DNA of 51,067 bases, filler included, from Catajapyx aquilonaris (GCA_000934665.2; 3 parts of 3 records of this genome joined end to end with filler, not necessarily neighbours in it), one strand, 5' to 3'; positions 23,911-36,236 are shown, numbered from the whole stretch's first letter. Notes: a model not told the origin generated them from the sequence alone. Made by a program: numbers and translations.

Positions 23911-24736
23911 CAGGGTGAAGGGAAATTCGCAGACAATCGCCAGGTAGACTTACAGTACTCGTAAATCTAATATTTATTTATTTATTTTATTATTTATTTA
24001 TTTATTTTACCCCATTGAGAGATCAATGCTTAGGGGGGTGGAACACCACCATATTTTCTATTTTCATGTTTTTTTTTTCTTTCAAACTCCGGTGCAGGGA
24101 AATCAGAGAGATTGGGTAAGGATAGGGATTTTTGGGGAGGGGACACGGGGTGCAAGTGCAATGTCTCAAACTGGGCCATGTGCAGTCCCCCAGGAGGTTA
24201 GGTTGCCAGACACCTCCTTGGTGCAGGTCAGAGACTCTCCCGACGCAGCCGAAAGGGAAATCCTGGGCGGGGATCGAACCCGGGACCTTTCCATCAACAA
24301 GCCAAGCCGCTACAGGCTCGGCCACCACACCTCCTCCGTAAAACTAATATAGGGATGCGCAATTCATTTCAAGATCCGGTTGCATAGTTAATGCGTATGG
24401 CGCCGTCGAAGTGTCATGACGGCACGTCCGTTCCGCCAGCTTCTAAGAAGCAAAAGTCAGTTCAAGGGCCTCCGGGCTCCGGTCCCTTGCCTTGGTCCCC
24501 TAACATCGTCCATGTGCAAAAAGCGATGAAATCCCGTCAGAGTAAGAATCCGGGTACAACACCGATGCACTTTGTCGTTTTTGCCTCATATTCCACCATC
24601 CGGCCCTCTACACTTTAAGGCCGCAGTACGCATTAACTACGCAACGGAGCCAAAAACTAATGACACATCCCTATATTAGTTTTGCTAGTACTATAAGTTT
24701 ACCTGGCGATTGTCCGCGAGTTTCCCTTCGCTCTGT
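23911..24736. mobile_element. Tc1/mariner-type MITE with a SINE in its left TIR
   Basis: tacagggtgaagggaaattcgcagacaatcgccagg / cctggcgattgtccgcgagtttcccttcgctctgta. Confidence 0.75.
23973..24337 (-). mobile_element. tRNA-derived SINE with (TAAA)n tail
   Basis: ggttcgatccc B box; near-TSD gtaaa(t/a)ctaatat on both sides; same family as 3690-4006. Confidence 0.85.
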
Positions 24737-24941
24737 ATAGTGCAGTGGGAGTTTCATGCTTTCACCACATGGAGCTTAAATTGACACTCACTCAGAAGAG
24801 ATTTTTGGTGGAGTCACCCTACCATGTTGCTTATTTCTACCCTGCTGGTAGAGTACATCAATGGTGACGTACAGTTTTGATTGTTGGCTTTTTAGAGATA
24901 TGCTTGTAATGGGGCTTTAATGGATGCTGTGTTTCAAAACT

Positions 24942-25617
24942 ATAATGGGGAACTAGCCTTGGTCTGGGATTTGGGATATTTGTTCATAACTAGCTAGCCC
25001 ATGCCAGTAAACTCATGCACTCTGTTGCATCAAAATGACATTACTGGATAAATTACGGCACATTTAAAAGTGCCTTCAAAATTGGCGGGAAAAACAGCAA
25101 CAGAGTGGTGCCAATCGAAAGGGTACTCTGAAATGCCTGGTTGACTGCGAGATATGAGGAATTTGACTTTGAATTAACCACGGACACGACGGAAAGCATT
25201 CGCAAGGCGGCTGTAGGCCATCGAGGTGGAGAAAGGGGGCCTTCATGTGCCGAATTCGGGTGACAGATAATTCCGACCTGGTGGCATCACTGCCATGTAC
25301 AAAGCGGCTTGAGCGGCCTGGAATAAATACGCGCCCCGGCCGCTATCTTGCTCACGGAATGGGACGGTTGCTAACAACAGCGAAGCATTTTACGACAATG
25401 ACGGGGCGCGTTCTATAACACCATTTTTGCGTTCATTTCACTTCGCGTGACGTCAACATTTTCCAGGCAAACAGTGACGTCACCATTTGCCTGCATAAAA
25501 ACCCCAATTACTCCGGACCTGAAACTGATATCTTAAAACGGAATATGCCAAAAAAATCCAAAAAATATGGGCGAATTTATTATGTAGTTTCCAAAATGAA
25601 GGCTAGTTCCCCATTAT
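24942..25617. mobile_element. MITE
   Basis: ataatggggaactagcctt / aaggctagttccccattat termini. Confidence 0.65.
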
Positions 25618-26707
25618 TTTAACCCTGTACTGCACAGATTTAGGATTTTGGGAAGAAAAAAATTCTAACGCCTTTTTCTCATCATAGGTGATGTAAGGAT
25701 GGTTTTTATTATGTTTTGGTCATCTCTGACCCAATGACTTAGAAGTTACATGGGCTGAGTCAAAAGTCATGGCGAGTATTTTTTAAAATTCAAAAACGGT
25801 AACACATACAGAGATGACCTTTGCTAAGTTTTGAAGGTCCGGCGATTTCAATTTGATCTGATATACTAGAGTGCATCCATATCGCAAGGGGCACCAGAAA
25901 ACTAAAGTTGATCATAACCCCCACCATTCCACCGTGGCATGCAGCTCGGGGTGGGGGGTCATGATCCCCTTTCGTTTACCAGCTCGCCACGAGATCTCTG
26001 GGCCATCTATATTCCAGTCCAAATAGTAATCTCCGGACCTTAAAAAAGTAGTAATGATCATATCTGTACATGTTACCGTTTTTTGAATAAAAATATGCAC
26101 AATGACTTAGGACTCAAACCTCAAGCAATATTGTGCCTGCGCCACCAAAAAAATGTGATGAAATTGTGCTGGTAAAATTAGAATGGCTGCAAATGGTGAT
26201 GAGAGAGCTACTCTTTACAGTTTACACATGTAATGGGATATTTAATATCTGCACCTATGTCGAATCAGCTCCAGAAACAATTGCTGCTTCAGTAAATTCA
26301 AATTTCGCGCCATTTTCAATGACATTGGCTTCTCTCCGCTTCATACCATATCCTGACCGTGTCATTTGTCGACATTGCTTGTCATCTAGAGGAAGCTAAC
26401 TAACTAACTGTGACATCAAGCCACACTGTGGTTTCCAGGACGAACATTGAAGCTTATGGCGCCTGCACAAATTAATTGTTGCCCTCAAGTCACAATGCAT
26501 GGTACAGGGTTAATATGACTTCCTAGTATGTTGTTCATGCATCAATGTTTACCTTTACTGTTAACTCAGACTCATCAATGTTTACCTTTACTGTTAACTC
26601 AGACTCATCAATGTTGGCATGGGCTGCACAATGTAACTCTGTTTCTAGCACACAGTATATAGCAGCTGCTGCTGTTGCACCATGGAATGCCCAATCAAAC
26701 ATGTATG

Positions 26708-26863
26708 TGTTGGACATATATCGAGGCATACTGCCAGCGACATTTTCCGAAGCGGCAGAAGAAGGAATCTTGGTCGCCCGGCTTGAAGTATCCTTATCTT
26801 CGATTCCTTCTTCTGCCGCTTCGGAAAATGTCGCTAGCAATATGCCTCGATTTATGTCCAACA
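26708..26863. repeat. ~60-bp-arm hairpin (MITE remnant), preceded by a 30-bp tandem duplication at ~26540-26614
   Basis: tgttggacatatatcgaggcata...gaaggaatc / gattccttc...tatgcctcgatttatgtccaaca. Confidence 0.85.
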
Positions 26864-27438
26864 CTGTACAGTTGTTTTTAAAAAATGCAAACTTATTGTG
26901 TTAGGAAAGGAAACATTCTTGAGATCTCATCCACTGTCCCACCCTTGTCTGGGAGAGTAATCATTCACTAGAAGTAAAGTCACAATGATATTGATACATT
27001 TCCCTGCTCCAAAAAACCCCATTACTGCTGCAAAAATGCACCAAAAGTCACTGATAAGAGCTCTGCCTTATGAAAGTACGTACATGTGGTGACTTATTTT
27101 TATAAACCCCTTGATGAAAATGATATGCCTACACCCTGCAGGGACTGTACCTCAGCTTTGAATTTCATGTCAATTCATAATCATCTCAAACTTATTGTCC
27201 AATATAGTGCACGTTCAATGACCAGGAATTAATTGGTAGCTAGAGAAGCCTTATTTGATTCTGGTACATGCAGGTTCTATTGATTGTCTTTGTCAGCATA
27301 TGAAAATGATTTATATTACATAATAATAACAAACCTAATGACAACAATTGCTGAAAGTTCATGAGTTTATAATTTCTCACAGAATATTCACAGCAAAGTT
27401 CTCTGACTGTTAGAGCACTAGGCACATGGAACAGCCTT

Positions 27439-27440
<2 letters not shown>

Positions 27441-27509
<69 letters not shown>

Positions 27510-27848
27510 CCGGGTAGTGCTTAGACCCCAATACCCTTGGGGTATTGCACGGACCTTCATTATTGTCTTAATGTACACTTGTACACGACTGGAACCTTTT
27601 GTCGAAGCACCCAGGCCCACGGGCAGGGATGAGTGGGAGGGGATGTGCAAAGTGCAAGTGCAATGTCTGTAACAGTACATTTTGTGAGCTCCCCTGGGTG
27701 GTTAGTCTCAAGGAATCCCACCCTAAATAAAGACAGAGACGACCCAACTCTGCACAAGATGAGGGGAGGAATGCCCGGGCTTGGGATCGAATCCGGGACC
27801 CTTACATGCGTGGGGGCGAACGTTACTGCAGCGCCACTCCGCCTCCCC
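27441..27848 (-). mobile_element. tRNA-derived SINE with long (ATT)n tail
   Basis: ggggaggcggagtggcgctgcag...gattcgatccc head; gacattgcacttgcac module; agcctttgaa on both flanks. Confidence 0.8.
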
Positions 27849-28958
27849 TGGAGCTCGAATAGCCTTTGAACATTGACACTAAAAGTTCAGAGGATTGGAC
27901 AATTATTATCAAAAATTATTGACATGCACTGAATATTGGTGTGATGCTGGGTAAAGGAATGACTGCTCCATGTCTTAACACCTGATACTAATGAATTGAA
28001 TGAAAGCATTGCAGATGAAATTGTGAAAATTGATAGTACTCGTACAACTTTCAGCCTGTAATGTGTGGCCTCATTGTCCAACATAAGATGTAGGCCTAGA
28101 GGGGTAGATGTTCTGGAGACAGGGTCATAATGAAATATGCCTCTCAGGCGTACACTTCCCACTATAGGCAAGTCATGCTCACATGTGTTTGCAATACTCC
28201 AATGATGTCATTCAGTGTCTTGTCAGTTTTCCAGTGTTGAATGAACTGCAATGACATTGTGAATCAATCTGTAGTGGTAATGTATATGTTTGCTTGTGAA
28301 GGGGATTGTATATTGCCATGTGTGTAGGTCATATATAATATTTTCCTACCTCTCTGCCATTGTTTGCCTATAAGGAATATAAGGACTATACTTGTTATGA
28401 AAGCATAATTAAATTATTGAACACCTGCTGTCTGCTACCAATGCTTGTAGCTTATGGCAAGTACTTATTTAGAGGGCACACCAGGGCCACACAACGTAAT
28501 TAAAATTCCCCCGAGAGTGTATAGATTTTTAAGTGCATGGGCATGATCTTGGCCATGTTCTGTTGCTGACTGTTCAAGTTAAGTCTTGTCCTCAGAAGGG
28601 CCATTTCATGAACTTCATCGAAGGTGAGATTCCTAGCTTCCGTGAAAATAACTATTTTCCCATCCTTTATTTAACTCGGGCATCTTCTGCTCTGGGTAGG
28701 AAATGACCTGCTCGATTTTGAAGCCTCTCATAAAATCGGAAAAGTGCATCTAGAAACAACGCAGATGGGCTATGTTTCTTTCTCCTTTGGTCCAATGCAA
28801 CTGTGAGAAGGCATGTTAATGAACAGTCATTGCCTTATTTTGAATCAAGATGACTTTGCAGGGCTACATGGTCATCATGAAATGTATTTGCTAGAATGAC
28901 GTTATAATTCATACATTCCAAATCCTCAGTCTGACAAGTGGGTTTTTTCGTCCTTCGA

Positions 28959-28960
<2 letters not shown>

Positions 28961-29005
<45 letters not shown>
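28961..29005. repeat. (TC)n microsatellite
   Basis: Direct reading; other microsatellites: (CTA)n at 7681-7726, 8143-8195 and 12670-12728, CT-rich tract 9150-9280. Confidence 0.95.
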
Positions 29006-29009
<4 letters not shown>

Positions 29010-29299
29010 CATCTTCACCAATTTACTGGAGTATAAAAAATTAAATTTCGAGTACTAAGGCCACTTACATCGTATATTTTTACGAATTACGTTATACACT
29101 ATTTTAACCAATTGTTCTCGTTTCTCGAGAGATGTCGCTAGCTACCATCCTGGCGTCCATGAACACGTTCTTGGTATTTTAATGCAATTGCTTCTGGCAA
29201 ATGTATCTTTAGAGCTAATCTTTAATGTTAGCACCCAATGTTGATTTTCAATATATTTTTTAAAGCATTGGCAGTTACAGTTCTTCTTCTGTCCGCCGA

Positions 29300-29905
29300 T
29301 TGGCCGCCGCCAAGAAGCGACGTTGCTGGACCCAACTGGCAACGTCGCAGCCCGTACAGGTGGCGGTTCCAACCGGCTTTGCTGGAAACGGCCTCTTGGC
29401 GGCTGGGTAGTGGTGTAGCCGGGTGAGTTTTACCGCTGCTCTCGGGCAGCATCCTCTACTATCATCTTGGCATAGCTATTCCGTCCTGTCCAGTGATGGG
29501 CGCCATGTATGGACACTAGCCCGTGGTGCGTGGCTCGAATCACGGCTTAGGACAGGGTAGAACAGACGGATTGCATGGTCGAAGGGAGACTCTCGAGGGA
29601 AGGATGACATGAAAAAAATGGCGGATGGCGTGGCTGTCCTGGGCCTAGTAATGTGTCCAGACGGGGATGGGCCGTGAATCAGGGTTGGGATCTCGCATGC
29701 ATTGCACATTATACGCAGTTAGATTCTCCGGAACAAGGGCTATTTAGTGGCAGCAGATGCGGATGCCCAGATGTTACTCGTGGCCTCGGATGGTCTCGGA
29801 TTCTGAAACAGGCGGGATTGAGCGGCTGGGGAACAAGGGACGGGTCGATCGATGGGTGAAGAGGCGGGTTACCGTTGCCCGGGTACGGCAGGAATCTTAT
29901 TTTTC
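29300..29905 (+). ncRNA. Candidate structured non-coding RNA or structured leader, class unassigned
   Basis: Nested 10-bp perfect helices, a GAAA tetraloop and many G-U-containing stems on the + strand; no convincing ORF. Confidence 0.4.
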
Positions 29906-30620
29906 AGGTAAGAGATTCCAACGAATGCATTGCCACAACATATTACTTATTAGTTATTAGGGTTCTGATGATCAAAGCAGGAGAAAAATAACCGCTCCTG
30001 ACAGTCGACAGGGAAAACACTATAGGCGCACAAGGCAGAGGTGTCACCGATATAGATGCGATGCGTTTATTTATCGATTTCAATAAAACTTGTTCATTTT
30101 CCTAGCTGCTCCCCACCACACTCCACGCTACATAATTATTATATTTAAGGTTTCTCTCCGCTATTCGATTATTTTTTGTCAACTCCATAAATTCACAATG
30201 GCTGCCCAATCCCCCCCCAAGGTGATTTTTTTTGTTGTTCCTTCAGACTCCACCCACCCAAGCCGATTTCCCCCCTCCTTCTTTCCTCCCTCCTCTGCCC
30301 CACCCTTCCCTGTCTCGAAACAAAAACGTCTCCATCACATATCCGCCCTCTCCCCTTCACACGAAACGATTCCGAGTATCCGCCATTTTCTTTCCCCTTT
30401 CCCGCCTCTCCCCCTTTCGCCCAACTCTACCGATCCGCCATTTTCCTTCACCTGTTCGCACCTTTTCCTGCTTTTCCAGCCCCACCTTCTATTCCCACCC
30501 CCGTATGCTGTGCAAGCTTAAGGTAAGATGTGTGGCAATGGTGGAAAGTTGTTTGATTGGTAATTTGCCATATAGACAAAATCGGCGGCCATCATCGTGT
30601 TGTTCGATTGTTGCATTATT
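29600..30620. promoter_or_regulatory. CpG-rich promoter-like island with YY1/Pho-type motifs and a probable non-coding first exon
   Basis: CCGCCATTTT at ~30380 and ~30435 and on the opposite strand at ~29614; AAG|gtaaga donor at ~30523; flanks visibly CpG-poor. Confidence 0.5.
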
Positions 30621-30902
30621 TTTATTGAAAATGGTTGGTGTTTTCCCGACCTTTTCAGAAATATTTGTTTTCCTGCCGATACATGTGTACGTGTGGATGG
30701 GACTGTTTAAACCATTTTCAATTATTTTTTGTTACACCAATTGGACAGGAAGCCAGTGCCAAGAAGAGGCGTCGGAATTTGCTTACATTGCCAGTTGGTT
30801 ACTAATCCATCAACATTACACTGTTGCCTGGTGTTGAACTGTCAATCCTGATTGTTGATCACATGGTTTCATGTCAACAAGGAGGAATTATGTTGGCACT
30901 CA

Positions 30903-32034
30903 CAAGGGGGGGACATGAAGTGGGCTCTGTCAGATTTGCATGAAACTTGCACAGTAGGTGTATCACAGGCCTACAATTTCACTGGTATGGGCCATTTTTT
31001 GCTACGGCCAGCCGTTGTCGATCTATGAGGGACAATAGATCCGCATGGGTGTGTTCAGGAGAGTAAGGTGAGGAGATGGGAAGCGTTAGGAAAGCTGGCT
31101 GTTCAGTTTCCAGGGGCACGCAGCTAGTAAACAACAAGGTAACCAGCAGCGCAATTCTCTAAGGAGGGGTTCGAATCACGTTAGAATCATCTTCAGTTGT
31201 TGTTCCCTTGGCAAGCTGCTTTGAAAGTGAGGCCTTTAACCCTTAACTACAAACACCTTTCACTACTTCGGTGGGGCCTGAGCGACCCCAACGGTATATT
31301 TGACTCTCTGCTTATCAGCGAAATTGTTATAGTGGACTTTTCAGATACAGCAAGTTCAGATCAAATCATTCAGCTTCCGAAAACTTAAAAATCACACACT
31401 CAGCCAGCATATTCCGACAGAAAAATGGGTATTGTTTGTCACGGGTGGGCTGACTCTTGTCAGCCACTCGCCGCAGCACTGAGGGGCTCCAGGTGGGACA
31501 TATTTCGAGTGGTTTTCTGGGTGATGGTTTCGGAAGATGTCTGCACGAAAGTGTACACCAGTTTCTCGAAGCAGCTACCCCCCCTGTTTTGTTCCTGATT
31601 TGCATCGAAAGTTGTCGTTATTATTGTTTCATGTCGATAAGATGCGTGCAACATGGGTCACATATATGAAGTGAACCGTGCATTGGAATTATGGGTACAG
31701 GGTAAGGGTAATGTGAGACGGAAAAAAAGCAAACATAAAAAATAATTGGTCCTGAAGATGATTCGAACCCCTCAGAGAATTGCGCTGTTGGTTACCTTGT
31801 TGTTTACTAGCTGCGTGCCCCTGGAAACTGAACAGCCAGCTTTCCTAACGCTTCCCATCTCCTCACCTTACTCTCCTGAACGCACCCATGCGGATCTATT
31901 GTCCCTCATAGATCGACAACGGCTGGCCGTAGCAGAAAATGGCCCATACCAGTGAAATTGTAGGCCTGTGATACACCTACTGTGCACGTATCATGCAAAT
32001 CTGACAGAGCCCACTTATTCATGTCCTCCCCTTG
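30903..32034. mobile_element. Tc4/Tc5-like non-autonomous element with ~250-bp or longer TIRs
   Basis: acTCA|CAAGGG...CCCTTG|TCAgt. Confidence 0.8.
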
Positions 32035-33039
32035 TCAGTAAAAGGTGCTGGTACTAGGTACAGAACCAACACTTGTTAAGCTTATTGACATGAAAACATG
32101 ATAAGAGAGAGAGCATTGAGGTTGCAATACTTCACAACCAAAGAATGGGCTGGGTCTGGCACTGGTTTCAATTTCTCGGAGCTTTGTATCATGCATGCCG
32201 CTGTACAGTTATTATAATGTAAAGTAGCGTTAGTTTTGGAATGAAACTCCTGACCCAAGGAGTTGGTGACTAATGTATACGCTTTGTCCTATAATATTGC
32301 ACATGTAGTCAAAATAGCCAATTTGTGACAGATCATCTGTCATGTGAAATATATTTTATCACTAAGGTAGTGTGCAGGTAGCTGTGAGCCAGGTTGTCCA
32401 TTGCATTTGGCTGTGGATGCATACCACAAGTGCAGCTTGTGTGAGAAGTCAGTAGATCACCATCAAGGCAATCCGTTGTAGGCCTACTTCATTGTTGCTG
32501 AATTTCTTCTGTTGACCAACAGATAACTGGAGAGGGGGAAGGTCACTTAAACTGTACCAGCTATTCAATATCAAAAGCACGGTAGAAAGACAATGAAATA
32601 GGAACACAGTAAAACCTGTCATTAGTGGAATTAGGATTCAATGAAAACTTGTGTTGTAGATTTGTATAGCCTATAATCATGCACATTTAGAATCCTCAAC
32701 CAGGACCAGCCTGTTCAGAAAATACATTGTCTATGAATGGAGTGACTTGGCATCAACAACCTTCACCCCATAATGCGGTATTCAAAGGCTCCAGTCCTCT
32801 CTCTGGTTGTGGGGAGACCCCGTGGTGGGATACCGTGGTGGGTTGGAGTTCAAGACTCCATTGAAATATTAAATAATTTAAAATGCCCCTTTTATCAATA
32901 TAACATTTAAATATGGCCACCAAAAGTCGGAAAATAAACTTTTCAGCTACATGGTCATGTTTGGTATGAAATCATATGTTTTTGAGGGTGCAGAATTCAG
33001 TGGTGGCACTGAAAATAGTACCAGACAATCCCAGAAGTA

Positions 33040-33142
33040 ATACAGTAAAACCTGTCTGTAACGGACCCTGCTTATAGTGGAAACTTGTCCATTACGGAAA
33101 ATTTTTAGGGTCTCGATTCTGCTATACACAGGTTTCATTGTA
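33040..33142. mobile_element. Short Tigger/pogo-like MITE
   Basis: tacagtaaaacctgt...acaggtttcattgta; a similar left end lies at ~32605. Confidence 0.55.
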
Positions 33143-34053
33143 ACAAACTCTTTGAAAAGATGTACCTATGTTTTCATTTTACACAGACCGTCGGACACTA
33201 GAAGTCGGACTAGAAGTCGGACACTAGAAGTGGAAAGAAGTGGAAACAGGTAATGTGCATTTCGGAAAGATAAGTTGTGTTTAGTATTTTTTATTATTAG
33301 TCCGAGCACTCCATCCGACCACTGGGTAATACAATCAGAACCATTCGTAAACATAATTTCTTGAACATTGACCTTTCACATGAGCGTAACAGGGTACATT
33401 GAAATAAGTTTCTCATGAATTTACATAAAGAGCACCATTTCTTGCAGGGTCCACCTGCGATCAGTTCGTCTGAGATTTTCGCGATATCTGCAATGGTTGA
33501 CCCTGCTATACCACAGCAACAAATAGTCGTCTAGATTTTTTCCATCCTCAAGTATCTTGTGGTGGAGGTTTGAAGTCTTTTACGACTATCTCTGTGAAAA
33601 TCATTTTAGGGACTTCTAAGCAACGAAAATCGTCTCCAATACATTCATAGCGCAGACTAGTGCAGAGCATAAACGTGTCAGGATGATATGATACATATAT
33701 CACTGTAGCTGTTATTATTTGTAAAATATCTTGTCCTAGTCTTCAGAGTACGTGTGAGCGACAACCTAGGCGATGGCGGTATATCTGGTATTGTGAAGGG
33801 GTTTAAAAAAAGAACTGAAATAAGTGCAAAAACATTCCCTTCAGTGAAAAAAAGGGTAGTAAGACCTCCGTGACGGAATGAAAGTACTGAAACAAGGCAG
33901 GCGCACGTAAGACCTCCACCAATTGATTTAAGCTGTAACATAGGTCTTACTCAAGCAATTCTCAAGTACTGTATGGAACGCCTCGTAAAAATTACTAATG
34001 CAAACAACTCAGAGCAGTAGGTAGGATTTTATTTTGAAAAAAAAGGGGGGGAG

Positions 34054-34153
34054 NNNNNNNNNNNNNNNNNNNNNNNNNNNNNNNNNNNNNNNNNNNNTTA
34101 ATTAATTAANNNNNNNNNNNNNNNNNNNNNNNNNNNNNNNNNNNNNNNNNNNN
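34054..34153. other. Artificial scaffold spacer with six-frame stop linker
   Basis: 44 N + TTAATTAATTAA + 44 N. Confidence 0.97.
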
Positions 34154-34436
34154 TCTCATATGTCACATTCTTGGCAGGCATAAAATACTCCTCCAGCTTA
34201 TCTAGCACTTCTTTTAGCGTACGGTTCTGCTCCTCTGTTTCGAACGTTAGTGTATCATAAATCTGCACAGTGTCTTCTCCAATTACATGCAACAACACTG
34301 CTACTTGCACCTGTGCTTGTTTCATTGATAGCCCTGACGCTAGTGCGTACCTTTCGAATCCTTTCCTCCACTTCTGCCATGCATCCGCAGGACTGTCTGA
34401 CGCCTGTAGTGGTGCTGGTTGGCTCAGGTGTTGCAT
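34154..34436 (-). CDS. Gypsy gag N-terminus, truncated by the scaffold end
   Basis: WQKWRKGFERY...LLHVIGED...LEEYFMPAKNVTYE, a typical Gypsy gag pattern. Confidence 0.85.
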
Positions 34437-34748
34437 CTTGTGTTGGCTTTGCCCTGCTTACTCACCATGCGGTCATCTAGGCCTGGCTATTCTTGTGATT
34501 TTTTCGGCGTTGATGGCTTCTACACTCCACTTCTGGTCACCATGTTGTAGTGTGGTAAGTAACAAGCACTTGGGATGTAATAATCACTGAGATGTATTAA
34601 TCCCAACTTGATACACTTGGATATTGGCGGAGGGATGTGTGGGTGAGTGTGTCAGATCAGGAGGAGCGAGGAGGTCTACTGTCTCTCTGGATTGGTTTCT
34701 CCCTGGTGATGCACAATCTTTCCCGCCAGGCGGCTCTGTACTACAACA
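34154..34748 (-). mobile_element. Ty3/Gypsy LTR retrotransposon 5' end: LTR 34543-34748, PBS, start of gag
   Basis: LTR bounded by TGTTGTAG...CTACAACA; TGGTGACCAGAAGTGG PBS immediately inside it. Confidence 0.88.
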
Positions 34749-35978
34749 TTCATTTCATTCTATTTTAGTTTTAAAATGTTATATTGCAACTTATGGCCTC
34801 ATTAGGGTATTCTGCCTAGTGGTAAATCTGGTGGCGCTCAAAAAAAAATCGAATTTTTAAATGATTTCGCCTTTATTTCCTATTATTACAGCCTATTTGA
34901 AAAATATTTATTGCAACTTGCGACCTCCCCTAGGCAATTTACCTACTCTGCCTAATGGTAAACCCGGCGCTGCTTCCAGTAGCGTAATAATGATTTATTA
35001 TTAATTCTTCGTTAATTTTTTGTATGCCTAAATCTGCCGCCCCTTGAAATCTGCCGCCCTAGGTTGCCTTGCCATAAATCCGGCGCTGTTCTTGTCGGGA
35101 AAAGCGACGTCGTACGCTCGAATACCAATTTTGGACAGGAAGAACAACTCTCCATGCTATAGTCTGTCGAAACGGGTCAAAGCTTGTCAATCTCTATGGA
35201 AGTGGTCGCCTTTGTAAAAAGCACTTTTTTGATAATAAGTGATTACAATGAAAGTCCTCGATAAGAAATACTCTTCGTGATAATATCCCGGGCTTGATCC
35301 CGGGCGTCTGCTAAAGGGCCATGAACAAGGACCCTAGGAATCCGCAGAACATGGTAGTTGAGGAGCAAGAGGAGAGCATATGACGGCTGCATATTGGTGG
35401 ATTTACGAGATAAGAAACACGCGAAGTCTGAATGTGGCATAGACAGGCCATAAGTCCTGACACCTTCACCATAGTCCTCATCGTCATCTTCCTCCACCCT
35501 TTCATCTGGCAATACACTGCCGAAGGATCAATGCCCCCCAACCCTTCCCCCCGGACCGCCTCCCCTCAACCACACCTTTCCTCCTCTCACAATCATGGCT
35601 TATAACCGCCTCCCAAACACTGGCTGCTGGATTTAGGGTTATGGAAGGCCCGGGCTGGGCTAAGAGCCCAATGAACGCAATGAAAGGCAGCCATCGTTGA
35701 GAACCTTGTGGGGAGAGGAGTGGGGCGATTGGGAGGAAGAGAGGGAGGTAGGGTTGGTGGCTAGGCTGAAATATTACGAAATGAAAGCATAGAAATCGAC
35801 ATGCGAGTAACCATTCCATTTGAACATAATTATGTACTGTACGGTACGAACTTGGAAGAGAATAATATTTATTCTGATATTCATATACCGTATAATCCGC
35901 TTAAATTATATTCTATAGTACCAGTACTGTTGTTTATGTATACATGGAGATAAATTATGCTACTGTAGTACCGTATTA

Positions 35979-36236
35979 ATTGATACCCCGTGATAGGCCC
36001 CTTGGGCCTCTTAGGGGATCATCTTTTGAATACCCGACTTTAATTATTTGCCTGTAATGTGATGGATTTTGATTGCGGGAGGAAACGGGAGAACCCCGAG
36101 AAAACCCACGCGAACACGGAGAGAACCCATCGAAACTCTATCCACATAAGTATCCTCCGTCCGACCCGGGGATCGAACTCGGGACCTTAGAGGTGGAAGG
36201 CTGCGGCCATAACCACTCGGCCACCGTGTCGCCCTA
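35979..36236 (-). mobile_element. tRNA-derived SINE, close relative of 13779-14096
   Basis: Near-identical body; 13-bp TSD tagtaccgtatta at 35966-35978 and 36237-36249. Confidence 0.88.

Noticed and set aside
7435..27680. Poly-T, -S, -V and -I ORFs and paired look-alike ORFs in the track
   Set aside because: Translations of microsatellites and of inverted-repeat arms
29302..29470. HDV-like ribozyme: GGCCGCC...GGCGGCU-GGG resembles P1 with a G-U start
   Set aside because: No convincing P3/L3, P2 or J4/2 could be built, and a longer competing helix uses the same 3' strand
29300..29960. Telomerase RNA, 7SK, SRP or RNase P/MRP identity for the structured element
   Set aside because: No extended CCUAA-repeat template, paired GAUC motifs, SRP helix-8 consensus or P4 consensus found by eye
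15211..34053. COQ2 pseudogenisation or downstream exons in the next segment
   Set aside because: No YPLMKR/WPQ-type exon was found, but the scaffold ends at 17026, so the absence is an assembly effect
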